Shown: in pieces, positions 1 through 9,927 of the stretch
Position numbering within the stretch: position 1 is the first letter of the stretch
Layout: the number at the start of each line of letters is the position of its first letter
Origin: Candidatus Kaiserbacteria bacterium
Lineage (GTDB): Bacteria > Patescibacteriota > Minisyncoccia > Phycocordibacterales > UBA918
Assembly: GCA_016204695.1 (NCBI GenBank)
Contig: JACQKD010000014.1
Location: forward strand, 88,170 to 152,169
DNA length: 64,000 nt
Direction: 5' to 3'
Position numbers and translations under genes: made by a program
Notes under the pieces: generated by a model
Database searches by the model: none
What the model was told of the DNA's origin: nothing
Seen by the model: only the letters and a program-made list of their open reading frames with translations

Positions 1-206
1 TTATGGAATTGAAAGGAATCAAGAAGGTGCGAGAGCTGAAGTCATTTCGCAGTATCTCAATGTACAAGAAGGTCGGAGAGAAGTCGGTTTTCGCGACCCA
101 CGGGGGCACTGCGGTATTGAGCGTCGCGCTCGCCAATCCCGACCGCTCGAAGCTACTGGCTGACGTGCGCCGAGTTGAGAAGTTACTGAAGGTCATGGTT
201 GTCTGA
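1..206 (+). CDS. hypothetical protein (probably 5'-partial at window edge)
   Basis: ORF at window start, followed by a GC-rich hairpin at ~214-240. Confidence 0.4.
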   Translation, partial: MELKGIKKVRELKSFRSISMYKKVGEKSVFATHGGTAVLSVALANPDRSKLLADVRRVEKLLKVMVV

Positions 207-272
207 CAAGACATACGCCGCGCCCTTCGGGCGCGGCGTATGTCTTGCTTTTTTCTTTTTGGGTTTTTCTTT

Positions 273-842
273 CTACGGTACGTCCACGCTCGTGGTCGCG
301 CTCGTCGTACTTGTCACCGACGCACCGGTCGTTGTCGCCTGTGCGTTGAGATTGAGCGTTGCCTCAATATCGGCCGCAATGCTCTCAAGTGCTTCTTTCG
401 TCTGCACCGCCGCGGCCTCGCCTTTCGCGGAGAGGCGCGCCTCTACTTGGGCGATCTGCGCTCGAAGCTTGTTGAGCTCCATTTTCGCTTCGGCATCGGC
501 CGACGCATACACTTCGGCGATATCCTGCTTTACATTCGCAAACGCATCAGCCGACAATTGCGCCTTGGCGTCAAGAGCAAGCTGTGCCTGCAGATCGTTC
601 ATTATCGCGGCCGCCTCCTCCTTGATGGCGCGTATCTTCGCGGTTACTTCCGCCCGTACCGTCGCAGTACTTTCTTTCTTCGTCTCGACCGAGGTTTCAC
701 TGTCGGTATTGGCGGTTGTCCGTACCTCCTCTTTGGTAGAGACTTTATACGCCACCGCACCTCCGAGGAACAGAACAGCCAGTATGGCAACAACCGCCAC
801 CAAGCCGAAACCGTCGCTATACGTATCACATGTTCGTTTCAT
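273..842 (-). CDS. membrane-anchored Ala/Glu-rich coiled-coil protein
   Basis: N-terminal hydrophobic segment (GFGLVAVVAILAVLFLGG), helical Ala/Glu/Lys body, Thr-rich tail. Confidence 0.7.
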   Translation of the reverse strand: MKRTCDTYSDGFGLVAVVAILAVLFLGGAVAYKVSTKEEVRTTANTDSETSVETKKESTATVRAEVTAKIRAIKEEAAAIMNDLQAQLALDAKAQLSADAFANVKQDIAEVYASADAEAKMELNKLRAQIAQVEARLSAKGEAAAVQTKEALESIAADIEATLNLNAQATTTGASVTSTTSATTSVDVP

Positions 843-990
843 ACTATAATCGTTGGTTGATTAACGACCGGATAATCCGAAAGGTACGCTCCCGCATACC
901 TATCTGGTACAGACGTACGAAGGAGCGTATTATTAATGGTATCGAATCGGGCACTGTTGTCCATGGTCCCCGATACATATGCTGATACCT

Positions 991-2079
991 ATGAAAAAAT
1001 TTTTCATCATCCTCATCATTCTCGGACTCGGCGCTCTTGCGTTCTATTGGTACACCAACGGGCGTTTCTTTGCGAAAGACGTGTGTCCTGACGGGCCCGA
1101 TTGTGCTCCGACGTCTCCTGTCACCGAACAGCCAAAGGACGATCATGAAGAAACGTTCAGTATCGACAATGTCACCCGCGCAACCGTCGTGGTTATGGAC
1201 GGCCAAAAGACGGTCGAGCTTTCGCGCACGGGAACGGACCGTACGCTTCATGCGCAATTCAGCATGGACGATATCCCCACGCCGGGCAGTGTCGCACTGC
1301 TTGAAGAACAGGCAATCTACCAAAGCGGCACCGGGGATATCTTCATACCCTCTGTCGCCAATTACGGGGGGAGCGGCTCGTTCGTCTCGATTGACCTGTT
1401 TTCGCAAGAAGGTAATGCCGCCATTATACAGAAAGATTCGTACGCACTTGGTGACCGCGTGCTGGTGCGGAAACTCATGACAGAAGGGTCGGATGCCGTA
1501 TATACGCTCCGAGTGCAGTTTCTCGATCGAAAAAAAGATGAGCCGATGGCTGCCGAACCGACAGTGCTAAAAGAACTGACCGTCTCGGTCGCGGATCACC
1601 AATTCGGGATGGGAAATATCCAAACTCTCTCAAGCGCCTCTCCGGACACATACAAGGATATGATCGTTGTCGACACGCCAAAGAAGGGTGAGAGTGTGTC
1701 TTCACCGCTTACTGTCCGCGGTAAAGCCCGGGGACAGTGGTATTTTGAAGGAACTTTTCCCGTTGTGGTCACCGACTGGGACGGAAAAATAATCGGCGAA
1801 GGGTATGGGGAAGCCAAGGGAGGGGAGTGGATGACACCGGAGTACGTCCCGTTTACGGGCACGATTTCCTTCACTGTCCCGTCCGATACATCGTACCGAT
1901 GCTGTCCACTCACTGGACTTTTTGCTTCGCTTCTCTCGCAAAAATTCTCAGTGAGTCTTGCGGAAGCATCCCATGCTTCCTCACCATATCGCCGCGGCAC
2001 GATCATTTTCAGAAAAAGCAATGCGTCCGACCTCCGAGAACATGACGATGCTTTTGAGGTGCCGGTGGTCTTCCAATGA
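991..2079 (+). CDS. secreted protein with C-terminal Gmad2-type Ig-like domain; carries a 93-bp in-frame insertion
   Basis: Signal-anchor MKKFFIILIILG; SPLTVRGKARGQWYFEGTFPVVVTDWDG...WMT..YVPF motif typical of Gmad2 Ig-like domains. Confidence 0.8.
   Translation: MKKFFIILIILGLGALAFYWYTNGRFFAKDVCPDGPDCAPTSPVTEQPKDDHEETFSIDNVTRATVVVMDGQKTVELSRTGTDRTLHAQFSMDDIPTPGSVALLEEQAIYQSGTGDIFIPSVANYGGSGSFVSIDLFSQEGNAAIIQKDSYALGDRVLVRKLMTEGSDAVYTLRVQFLDRKKDEPMAAEPTVLKELTVSVADHQFGMGNIQTLSSASPDTYKDMIVVDTPKKGESVSSPLTVRGKARGQWYFEGTFPVVVTDWDGKIIGEGYGEAKGGEWMTPEYVPFTGTISFTVPSDTSYRCCPLTGLFASLLSQKFSVSLAEASHASSPYRRGTIIFRKSNASDLREHDDAFEVPVVFQ
1891..1983 (-). repeat. 93-bp structured element, copy A (in frame, antisense to host gene)
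   Basis: Reverse complement TGAGGAAGCATGGGATGCTTCCGCAAGA-CTCACTG...CAGTGAG-TGGACAGCATCGGTACGA is colinear with copy B; removal restores ...PSDT|PYRRGT... Confidence 0.9.
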
Positions 2080-2130
2080 GCCGCTCCCGACATGGTATAC
2101 TGGCGATAATTAGCAGATAAGCCTTCTTCT

Positions 2131-2607
2131 ATGAACCAACGAGCAATCATCGTCGCAGTCGTGCTTTTTGCCGTTATCGTACTCGGCATGTTTCTCTACG
2201 CCCGTTTTAAGAGCGATACGTTACGCACCGCCGAGCCCGCACCGGTTACATCGCCAGTCAATCAGCCGTCCGGTATCACCCATGTGGACGCGAAGCACTT
2301 CTTCAAAGACGGTATGCACACCGTCGCCGGAGAGATCATGATGCCGACCCCATGCGACCTGCTGGAGGTAAGTCCTATCTCGCTCGAGTCATCGCTCGAC
2401 GAAGTGACTCTCGCCTTTCGAATCACCAACAGCACGGAAGGGGTGTGCGCACAGGTAGTCACCCCCCAGCGTTTCAAGGTATCGTTTGAGGCAAATGAGG
2501 GTGCGACCATCAAGGCCACGTTCAAAGGCGAACCGGTAACACTCAATCTTATTGAAGCGGGTCCTGACGAAAATCCCGACGACTTCGAAGTCTTTATCAA
2601 AGGTTAA
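2131..2607 (+). CDS. membrane-anchored hypothetical protein
   Basis: N-terminal TM segment; PTPC and CAQVVT motifs. Confidence 0.75.
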   Translation: MNQRAIIVAVVLFAVIVLGMFLYARFKSDTLRTAEPAPVTSPVNQPSGITHVDAKHFFKDGMHTVAGEIMMPTPCDLLEVSPISLESSLDEVTLAFRITNSTEGVCAQVVTPQRFKVSFEANEGATIKATFKGEPVTLNLIEAGPDENPDDFEVFIKG

Positions 2608-2662
2608 GTGTCGGAAGATGACGGCCGCGGCGCAGAGCGCCGCGGCCGTCCGCCCCTCTACC

Positions 2663-3910
2663 ATGTCACCATTCGAACAAGTCAAAAAGCACATCACTGA
2701 CGCGCTGGACGCGATCGGGGTCACCGACGCCGAAGCGGAGATAGTGATGACTCCGAACGCCATCCGCGACGCGACACTCGAAGTCGAAACCAAAAAAGGC
2801 CCTCGGAAACTGCCGGCCTATCGCGTACAGTTCAATAATGCCCGCGGACCGTACAAAGGCGGCATCCGTTTTCATCCGAACGCCGACCTCGAGGAAGTCA
2901 AAGCACTCGCCGCGACGATGGCGGTAAAGTGCGCGGTGATTGATGTGCCGCTCGGCGGCGCAAAAGGAGGCGTGGCATTCGACCCGAAAGAATACGACCG
3001 GGACGACATTGAAAAAATCTCGCGCGCATACATTCGCGCCATGCACCCCTATCTCGGCATTGACATTGATATCGCCGCCCCTGATGTGTACACAACGCCC
3101 GAAATTATGGGCTGGATGCTTGATGAATATGAAACCATAACCGGAAAGAACGAGCCGGGCATGATTACCGGAAAGCCGCTTGTACTCGGCGGAAGCGTCG
3201 GACGCGACACCGCGACCGCGCAAGGCGCCGTCCACGTCTTGCAGGCATATGTCCGAGAACAAGACCTTGACCCCAACAATCTCCGAGTCGCCATTCAAGG
3301 GTTCGGCAATGCTGGATCAGTGATTGCCAAACTCCTGCATGAGGCGGGGTACACCATCATCGCACTTTCCGACAGCAAGGGTACGCTCCACGATACAAAC
3401 GGTCTTGACCCCGACCGAGTCGAAGAAGCGAAAAAGGCCGGGGGAAGCGTGACGGCCGCGGCAGGAGGCGGGGCGGAAGCATTGGATGGCACTGCAATAC
3501 TCGCGCTCGACTGTGACATCCTCATCCCCGCCGCACTCGACAATCAGATACGCGAAGACAATGTCGGAAGCATACGGGCAAAAATAATTTTGGAACTCGC
3601 CAACAATCCGACTACGCCGGAAGCGGATGCCATACTTGCCGAACGCGATGTGACCGTCATCCCCGATGTGCTTGCAAACGCCGGCGGCGTCACCGTCTCG
3701 TACTTCGAATGGGTGCAAAATCGCCAACAGTACTATTGGACGAAAGAGGAGGTAGACGAACGTCTCAAACAAAAGATGCTTGCCGCGTATGCCACACTCT
3801 CGGCGCGCGTGCACGCCGAGAGTGTGAGCTACCGCGATGCCGCCTACCGTATCGGCATGGAGCGCATCCACCGCGCCATGGCGCAACGTGGCAGATACGA
3901 AACGCACTAG
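2663..3910 (+). CDS. gdhA: Glu/Leu/Phe/Val dehydrogenase (glutamate dehydrogenase)
   Basis: GPYKGGIRFHP, GGAKGG, APDV, GFGNAG, ELANNP and PDVLANAGGVTVSYFEWVQN motifs. Confidence 0.93.
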   Translation: MSPFEQVKKHITDALDAIGVTDAEAEIVMTPNAIRDATLEVETKKGPRKLPAYRVQFNNARGPYKGGIRFHPNADLEEVKALAATMAVKCAVIDVPLGGAKGGVAFDPKEYDRDDIEKISRAYIRAMHPYLGIDIDIAAPDVYTTPEIMGWMLDEYETITGKNEPGMITGKPLVLGGSVGRDTATAQGAVHVLQAYVREQDLDPNNLRVAIQGFGNAGSVIAKLLHEAGYTIIALSDSKGTLHDTNGLDPDRVEEAKKAGGSVTAAAGGGAEALDGTAILALDCDILIPAALDNQIREDNVGSIRAKIILELANNPTTPEADAILAERDVTVIPDVLANAGGVTVSYFEWVQNRQQYYWTKEEVDERLKQKMLAAYATLSARVHAESVSYRDAAYRIGMERIHRAMAQRGRYETH

Positions 3911-4034
3911 TACGCGACCCCCACTACCGACTTTTTTCAATATAACACTTCTCCTTCGGGAAGAAGGGAGATGTGCGTTCGGGTGCTTTTTGCGGCCGAT
4001 ACATTTGCTATACTGAAGTCAAACAACTATTCGT

Positions 4035-5096
4035 ATGGCCAACAGCCGCACCGTTGAATATGTTTTCTTTTTCGGGATTCTCGGCCTGGCGGCGTATGTC
4101 ATGTGGCAGATTGTCGAACCGTTTTTCGGATCGCTTGCGGTCGCGGCAATCATCGCCACTGTCGGGTATCCGTTTTACCGGAGGATTCTTGTCCTGATGC
4201 CTCGGCAGAACAGGGGTCTTGCGGCGCTTGCCACGACACTTCTTATCGGCCTGCTGGTCGTAGTGCCGCTTGCCGTACTTGCGTACCTCATCTTCGAACA
4301 GACGTTTTCCCTCTATACGTTTCTAAGCCACGACGGCGCGACGACGGTCAACCAGTCGATTTCCCACATAGAGTCCTTGGTGCACGGCGTCGTGCCATCG
4401 TTTACATTCGATGCGGGAACCTATGCGAGACAGGCGACCGAATGGCTCGCCACGCATATCGGCGCCATTTTCGCCGCCACGACCTCAACGGTCTTTTTCA
4501 TCTTCATCGCAACGGTCGCCGTCTTCTATTTCTTTCGCGACGGCGAGCAGTGTATCGCCTACATAACCGAGATCAGCCCGCTTCCCAAAGAGGAGAATGC
4601 GCATATCTTCAAGGCACTTGCTCGCTCAATGCGCTCTGTGGTGCTCGGCACCCTCGCGGTCGCCATCATACAAGGCGTCCTGACCGCCATCGGGTTTGCG
4701 ATCTTCGGCATCAGTACTCCGGTCCTCTGGGGAGCGGTAGCGGCAGTCGGTTCGTTGATACCGGGAGTCGGCACCCTTATCGTATTCGTGCCGGCCGTCG
4801 TCTATTTCGCCCTGCAAGGCTCGTACGGCGCGATGTTGGGACTCGTTATTTGGGGAAGTGTGGCGGTGGGTATGATCGACAATCTGCTCGGGCCATATCT
4901 CATGAGCCGCGGCGCGGCGCTCCACCCACTCCTGGTGCTCCTCACGGTCCTCGGCGGTATCGCGGTATTCGGACCCATGGGCTTTATCCTCGGACCGGTG
5001 ACATTGAGCCTGCTTGCGGTGTTGCTTGAGCTTCACGCCGCACGTGCAAAATCAGGCCTTCCGACCGAACATCCTTCGGTTTCTTATGATGGATAA
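4035..5096 (+). CDS. AI-2E family transporter
   Basis: Multi-TM protein; IDNLLGPYLM...LHPLLVLLTVLGGIAVFGPMGFILGP signature. Confidence 0.9.
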   Translation: MANSRTVEYVFFFGILGLAAYVMWQIVEPFFGSLAVAAIIATVGYPFYRRILVLMPRQNRGLAALATTLLIGLLVVVPLAVLAYLIFEQTFSLYTFLSHDGATTVNQSISHIESLVHGVVPSFTFDAGTYARQATEWLATHIGAIFAATTSTVFFIFIATVAVFYFFRDGEQCIAYITEISPLPKEENAHIFKALARSMRSVVLGTLAVAIIQGVLTAIGFAIFGISTPVLWGAVAAVGSLIPGVGTLIVFVPAVVYFALQGSYGAMLGLVIWGSVAVGMIDNLLGPYLMSRGAALHPLLVLLTVLGGIAVFGPMGFILGPVTLSLLAVLLELHAARAKSGLPTEHPSVSYDG

Positions 5097-5526
5097 ACGC
5101 TTCATAGACTCATACCTCCGTATTAACAACGTAGACGAACGCGCTTCGGAGGCGACCGTACGCAAGACGCTTGGGGACGCCCGTTGGCCGAAGGAAGAGA
5201 TCGAGGAAGCCATTCTCGTGCGAAACGGCGACGAAGCGGCAAAGGCGCGACTCATACAAAAAGAAAAAGAGCGGACGTTTCGACCGGACATGGACTGGTC
5301 GTCAACCAAACTTTCGACACTGTTGGGTACCGACGTTGTTATCGATCCGAAATTGTTCCAGACATATGCGCACAGACAGGAGCAAGCGGGAGGCGGCGTC
5401 AGGACAATACTGTTCGGACTCTCTATTGCCGCGATTGCGACCATTATCGCCGCAGGCATAGGAGTGGCCTTGTTGTACTTTCTCGAAATGGGCCCTTTTT
5501 ACACTCAAGCGCAGGACATTATCTAG
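5086..5526 (+). CDS. hypothetical protein with C-terminal TM
   Basis: ORF overlapping the AI-2E stop; hydrophobic C-terminus. Confidence 0.65.
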   Translation: MMDKRFIDSYLRINNVDERASEATVRKTLGDARWPKEEIEEAILVRNGDEAAKARLIQKEKERTFRPDMDWSSTKLSTLLGTDVVIDPKLFQTYAHRQEQAGGGVRTILFGLSIAAIATIIAAGIGVALLYFLEMGPFYTQAQDII

Positions 5527-5542
5527 CGGAAAGCAGTTTCGC

Positions 5543-5851
5543 TCATCCCTCTTCGCCTGTTTGGGATTTGAAATAGAAACCGATGATAAACCCGAGCGGG
5601 CCGGAGAGTATCGCCGAAATGGCGGTGATAAGGTCGATCAAGCTGTTGGTCTCCATTTTACCCGCGCCGAAGAGAATCATCGCAAAGAGCAAGATGCCTA
5701 GAAACCCGATGACATATGCAAACGCAATCTTGGAGCGCGCATCTTCTCGCTTAACGGCTACGCTCCCGACAACTCCTTCCAAAACCGCGCTGGATCCGAC
5801 TTCAATTTCTCCTGCCGAAGGGATTGAAACGAATTCATCATTTGTTGACAT
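5543..5851 (-). CDS. small two-TM membrane protein
   Basis: Two hydrophobic helices ending GFIIGFYF; overlaps the upstream ORF. Confidence 0.7.
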   Translation of the reverse strand: MSTNDEFVSIPSAGEIEVGSSAVLEGVVGSVAVKREDARSKIAFAYVIGFLGILLFAMILFGAGKMETNSLIDLITAISAILSGPLGFIIGFYFKSQTGEEG

Positions 5852-6056
5852 AGAACCCTTTTACCTCGTACATATTGTCATGCTTTTCAACCTCAAGTTC
5901 TTTGCCCGCCAGCGTCGACAGATCAACGCCGCTGATTTTTACGCCGTGCGAGAACATGGCGTCCCGCAAGATGACACCGCCAATCTTTATCGGCCCCTTG
6001 ATCGTGAAGGTGCCATCAGGATTGATACCCATTATTGATGATGCTCGTATTCTCAT
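5838..6056 (-). CDS. hypothetical protein (72 aa)
   Basis: ATG-started ORF translationally coupled to 5543-5851. Confidence 0.6.
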   Translation of the reverse strand: MRIRASSIMGINPDGTFTIKGPIKIGGVILRDAMFSHGVKISGVDLSTLAGKELEVEKHDNMYEVKGFYVNK

Positions 6057-6127
6057 AGCGTTAATGATAACAGATTCCGCACCCTAGACAAAGAACCAAA
6101 AACAGGTGATGATGCCGACCATTGGTT

Positions 6128-7240
6128 ATGTCTCGTAGCAAAAAGCAGTCCGGGCGTGATTCTCTGGCGCCTAAAGGCGCACGAGACCATGCTCTTAAGC
6201 GGTATGTCAAGAGTGAGCTGTTTTGGCTCTTGGTCGTCTGCCTCGGCGCGGTCGCCGTATTTGCGCTCACCCGATCTATCCCGGCAAGCGACGAGACCGC
6301 CATTACGGGGGATTCAATCCTCTTTGTGGGAGATGTCATGCTCGCGCGCAATGTCGAGCGGTTGATGAACGAACACGGCTCGTATTACCCGTACAAGGGC
6401 GTGCGCGACATGCTCGCCGAACATGAGCAAGTCATCGGTAATTTCGAGGCGAGTATACCGGAGCTCCATCGCCCGACTCCCAGTTTCACCTTCAGATTTT
6501 CCGTTTCTCCCGATATCCTCGCGGCGCTTCCGCGTGTAGGATTTACCGCTATGACGCTCGCCAACAATCATTCCTACGACTACGGAGAAGGCGGATATCT
6601 CCACACCCGCGACACACTGATACGAGAAGGACTTGCGACGGGAGGCAATCCAATGAAGATTTCCGCAGACGAGGTACTCTACCGAAGGATAGCGGACACG
6701 GACATTGCGATCATCCCCATCCATGCGACCACAGTGACACCCGTCGTCGCCGACATACGGGAAGTGCTCGCGCTGACTGCGGAAAAAAGTGATCTGCAGG
6801 TCGTCTTCATTCATTGGGGCACCGAATACGAATCCGTCTCCGACAGTGCCCAACAAACATTCGCGCATGCGGTCATTGATGCCGGTGCGGACGCGATCAT
6901 CGGACACCACCCGCATGTGGTCCAAAATATCGAAGAGTACCGCGGCACGCCGATCTTTTATTCGCTCGGGAACTTCATCTTCGATCAATACTGGAACACC
7001 GAAGTACGAGAGGGACTCACAGTCGCGATATCGTTTGAGGAAGACAGGGTACACTACACGCTTATCCCCGTCTCAAGCATGGAAACAAAAAGCCAACCGC
7101 GGCCCATGAACCGCATTGAACGGACGCAGTTCCTCGACGTCCTTGCGGCAAAAAGTGAGGACGTCATTGCGGACGCAATCAGGAACGGATCCATCGTGGA
7201 ACCGTTCGCTCGAAGAAAATCAGAAACTTTGATAGACTAA
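6128..7240 (+). CDS. CapA/PGA_cap family metallophosphoesterase-like protein
   Basis: GDVML, NFE, LANNHSYDYG, HWGTEY, IIGHHPHVVQ and YSLGNFIFDQ motifs. Confidence 0.92.
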   Translation: MSRSKKQSGRDSLAPKGARDHALKRYVKSELFWLLVVCLGAVAVFALTRSIPASDETAITGDSILFVGDVMLARNVERLMNEHGSYYPYKGVRDMLAEHEQVIGNFEASIPELHRPTPSFTFRFSVSPDILAALPRVGFTAMTLANNHSYDYGEGGYLHTRDTLIREGLATGGNPMKISADEVLYRRIADTDIAIIPIHATTVTPVVADIREVLALTAEKSDLQVVFIHWGTEYESVSDSAQQTFAHAVIDAGADAIIGHHPHVVQNIEEYRGTPIFYSLGNFIFDQYWNTEVREGLTVAISFEEDRVHYTLIPVSSMETKSQPRPMNRIERTQFLDVLAAKSEDVIADAIRNGSIVEPFARRKSETLID

Positions 7241-7254
7241 GCAGGCTCTACCAT

Positions 7255-7788
7255 ATGAAATCACTTACAAAATACGAAGCCATCGGAATCGGAACCGCTA
7301 TCGTCATAGCGGCGATAGTCCTCGGGTTTATGCGCTCCGCACCGTGGAATACCGCCACAAGCACGAACAATGTTGACGATATCGTTGTAGCGGACTCGGA
7401 GGCGAAAAACAGAGAAGCCGCACTGGCGGACGCCATCAGGAAAGCGAGCAACACCAGTGGGCAAGTGCGCAAACTCATCGTCAATGATGTTTCGGTGGGA
7501 GACGGAAGGGAAGTGAAAGTCGGAGATACCGCCACGGTGCATTATATCGGCATGGTCAGGGATGGAGCGGAATTCGACAACTCGTATAAAAAAGGACAGC
7601 CGTTATCATTTAAGGTCGGGGCGGGAGAAGTTATTGCGGGATGGGAACAGGGCATCATCGGCATGAAGGAGGGCGGCAAAAGAATACTCATTGTTCCGCC
7701 GGAAATGGGGTATGGCAATGCCGTTGTCGACCCGATTCCCGCCAATGCCACCCTGCTGTTTTCGATCGAGCTTCTCTCCATAGAGTAA
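7255..7788 (+). CDS. FKBP-type peptidyl-prolyl isomerase
   Basis: VHYIG, FDNS, VIAGWEQG, IVPPEMGYG and IPANATLLFSIELL motifs. Confidence 0.95.
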   Translation: MKSLTKYEAIGIGTAIVIAAIVLGFMRSAPWNTATSTNNVDDIVVADSEAKNREAALADAIRKASNTSGQVRKLIVNDVSVGDGREVKVGDTATVHYIGMVRDGAEFDNSYKKGQPLSFKVGAGEVIAGWEQGIIGMKEGGKRILIVPPEMGYGNAVVDPIPANATLLFSIELLSIE

Positions 7789-7791
7789 CAA

Positions 7792-7820
7792 GAAGCCCGG
7801 CTCCTTCGGAGCCGGGCTTC
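7792..7820. terminator. GC-rich hairpin, probable terminator
   Basis: GAAGCCCGGCTCC-TTC-GGAGCCGGGCTTC perfect stem just after the FKBP stop. Confidence 0.6.
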
Positions 7821-7830
7821 CGCCTTTCCC

Positions 7831-9150
7831 ATGACTCCATTCTCTTTCTCCATTACAAAAAAGCTGTCCGGCAAACTCGGCAGAGTGGGCGTTATCCATA
7901 CGCCGCACGGCGACATCGAGACTCCGGCATTTACCGTTGTCGGCACCAAAGCGACGGTGAAAGCGCTCTCGCCGGAGGACGTACGCGACCTTGTCGGCGC
8001 GCAGGCCGTACTCGTCAACACCTACCATCTCTACCTCCAGCCGGGCGAAGCACTTATCAAAGATGCGGGCGGATTGCACACATTCATGCACTGGGACGGG
8101 CCGACACTCTCCGACTCCGGCGGCTTCCAGGTCTTTTCGCTCGGCGCGGGCCTGGAAGGAAAGGGTGAGAAGCGAATACTTGGAGCTTCGCAAGACTCAT
8201 CGAGGGCTTTTGTGAGGGACGAAACAAAAGACCCGATGAGTGGACAGCGCCGGTACGGCGTCACCAAATTCACCGGCGAGTTCGCGGACTCCTCCGACGA
8301 CATGCGTCCGCGCCTCTATAACAAAGAGATTGCACTCCAGCACGGCAAGCTCTGCATCCTCGACGAAGAAGGCGTGACGTTTACCTCGCATCTCGACGGC
8401 TCGCTTCACCGCTTCACCGCCGAACGTTCGATCGAAATACAGCATGCCATCGGCGCGGACATCATGTTCGCGTTCGACGAGTGCACGTCTCCGACCGCCG
8501 ACTATGTATACCAGAAAGAGGCGCTTGAACGCACGCACCGCTGGGCCAAGCGCTCGATTCTTGCACACAAACGCGACTACAACGCGCTGAAATCGCAAGC
8601 GCTCTACGGCATCGTACAGGGCGGTCGTTTTGAGGACTTGCGAAAGGGGAGCGCGACCGAGCTTGCAAAAATGGATTTCGACGGGTACAGCTTCGGCGGC
8701 GCGTTCTCAAAGGAAGACCTCAAGACGCTTGAATGGGTCAACGCCATCCTACCGGAAGAAAAGCCTCGGCATCTCCTCGGCATCGGCGAACCGGAAGATC
8801 TCTTCATCGGTGTCGAGAACGGCATGGACACCTTTGACTGCGTCCTCCCGACCCGTATCGCCCGCACCGGCACCATCTACACCCATCACGGAAAAGTTAA
8901 TCTACTGCGAACGGAGTACCAGCGCGACCTCGGAAAGCCCGACGACACCTGCGACTGCTACACGTGCACCCACTACACCCGCGCCTACCTCGCCCACCTT
9001 TTCCGCGCAAAAGAAATGCTCGCCGCCCGCCTCGCCTCCATCCACAATCTCCATTTCATCGTCTCCCTCATAAAAAACATCCGTCGCAACATCCTCGACG
9101 ATACCTACCCACAATCCAAAGAAAACTTTTTACGAACGTATCGGGTTTAA
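7831..9150 (+). CDS. tgt: tRNA-guanine transglycosylase; carries a 93-bp in-frame insertion
   Basis: NTYHL, DSGGFQVFSL, FDEC, GIVQGG, KPRHLLGIG, DTFDCVLPTR, CDCYTC and HNL motifs. Confidence 0.97.
   Translation: MTPFSFSITKKLSGKLGRVGVIHTPHGDIETPAFTVVGTKATVKALSPEDVRDLVGAQAVLVNTYHLYLQPGEALIKDAGGLHTFMHWDGPTLSDSGGFQVFSLGAGLEGKGEKRILGASQDSSRAFVRDETKDPMSGQRRYGVTKFTGEFADSSDDMRPRLYNKEIALQHGKLCILDEEGVTFTSHLDGSLHRFTAERSIEIQHAIGADIMFAFDECTSPTADYVYQKEALERTHRWAKRSILAHKRDYNALKSQALYGIVQGGRFEDLRKGSATELAKMDFDGYSFGGAFSKEDLKTLEWVNAILPEEKPRHLLGIGEPEDLFIGVENGMDTFDCVLPTRIARTGTIYTHHGKVNLLRTEYQRDLGKPDDTCDCYTCTHYTRAYLAHLFRAKEMLAARLASIHNLHFIVSLIKNIRRNILDDTYPQSKENFLRTYRV
8166..8258 (+). repeat. 93-bp structured element, copy B (in frame in tgt)
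   Basis: TGAGAAGCGAATACTTGGAGCTTCGCAAGA-CTCATCG...CGATGAG-TGGACAGCGCCGGTACGG; removal gives ...LEGKG|VTKF... Confidence 0.92.
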
Positions 9151-9375
9151 ATGCACACTCTTGTCGTTGATATGTCGATCTGATTTTAATCCTATCGCGG
9201 TATATTCATGTTTCATCACGTCCATGCCTTGCGCTACCTTGTCTATCGCTTCCAGCAATACGCCCGTCATATTTTCTAAGTCTGTTTTTGTAGCAAACTC
9301 ATCAAGTCGAGTATTGAGTTCAGCCCTTGTAGGGAAAACAACCATCAGTTTTTTAATATCGGTGTCCGTGATCAT
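9130..9375 (-). CDS. small coiled-coil hypothetical protein
   Basis: MITDTDIKKL...FATKTDL pattern, AT-rich. Confidence 0.6.
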   Translation of the reverse strand: MITDTDIKKLMVVFPTRAELNTRLDEFATKTDLENMTGVLLEAIDKVAQGMDVMKHEYTAIGLKSDRHINDKSVHLNPIRS

Positions 9376-9475
9376 ATAGAAATGATACGTCTCAAGTTTT
9401 CTTTGTCAAACAAAAAGAAAACCGCCCCTTGCATGGACAAAGGAACGGTTTTCCTTTGTCCACCGGAGTGGACGG

Positions 9476-9844
9476 CTACAAGCTTTCGACAAATTCCTTG
9501 ACGTCTAGGATGGAATCGGGAGAACGTTCCTCCATTACTGTAAATAGCTGGGAGAGTTGCGGAGATACCGCAACTCGACAAACAAGAAAAAGACTACCCT
9601 CAATCTCTCTAACCGACACGCCACTGCTACGCAAATTTTGAAATCCGACTCTGCTATACTCGCGACTTCGGAATCGAACCATTAGAAACTTCACATCGCT
9701 GGGATCCAATTCCGCCAACAAGTACAACGTGCCGTTCATCAGACCAAGCTGACCGATGGCGCCACCGGTCATCTGATCGAAAAGATTCCTGACAGTCTGG
9801 TTTTCCGGAACTAACGAATACACTCGCATCTCTTTTTCCTCCAC
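9476..9844 (-). CDS. hypothetical protein
   Basis: 122-aa ORF in an AT-richer insert between tgt and uvrB; start uncertain. Confidence 0.45.
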   Translation of the reverse strand: MEEKEMRVYSLVPENQTVRNLFDQMTGGAIGQLGLMNGTLYLLAELDPSDVKFLMVRFRSREYSRVGFQNLRSSGVSVREIEGSLFLVCRVAVSPQLSQLFTVMEERSPDSILDVKEFVESL

Positions 9845-9927
9845 ACGAAGAAGAAATCCGCTTTTTCGAGTAGACTGTCTATATCATACATCTACGAAAT
9901 GTCAATGGTGTGCTATAATTTCGCTCC

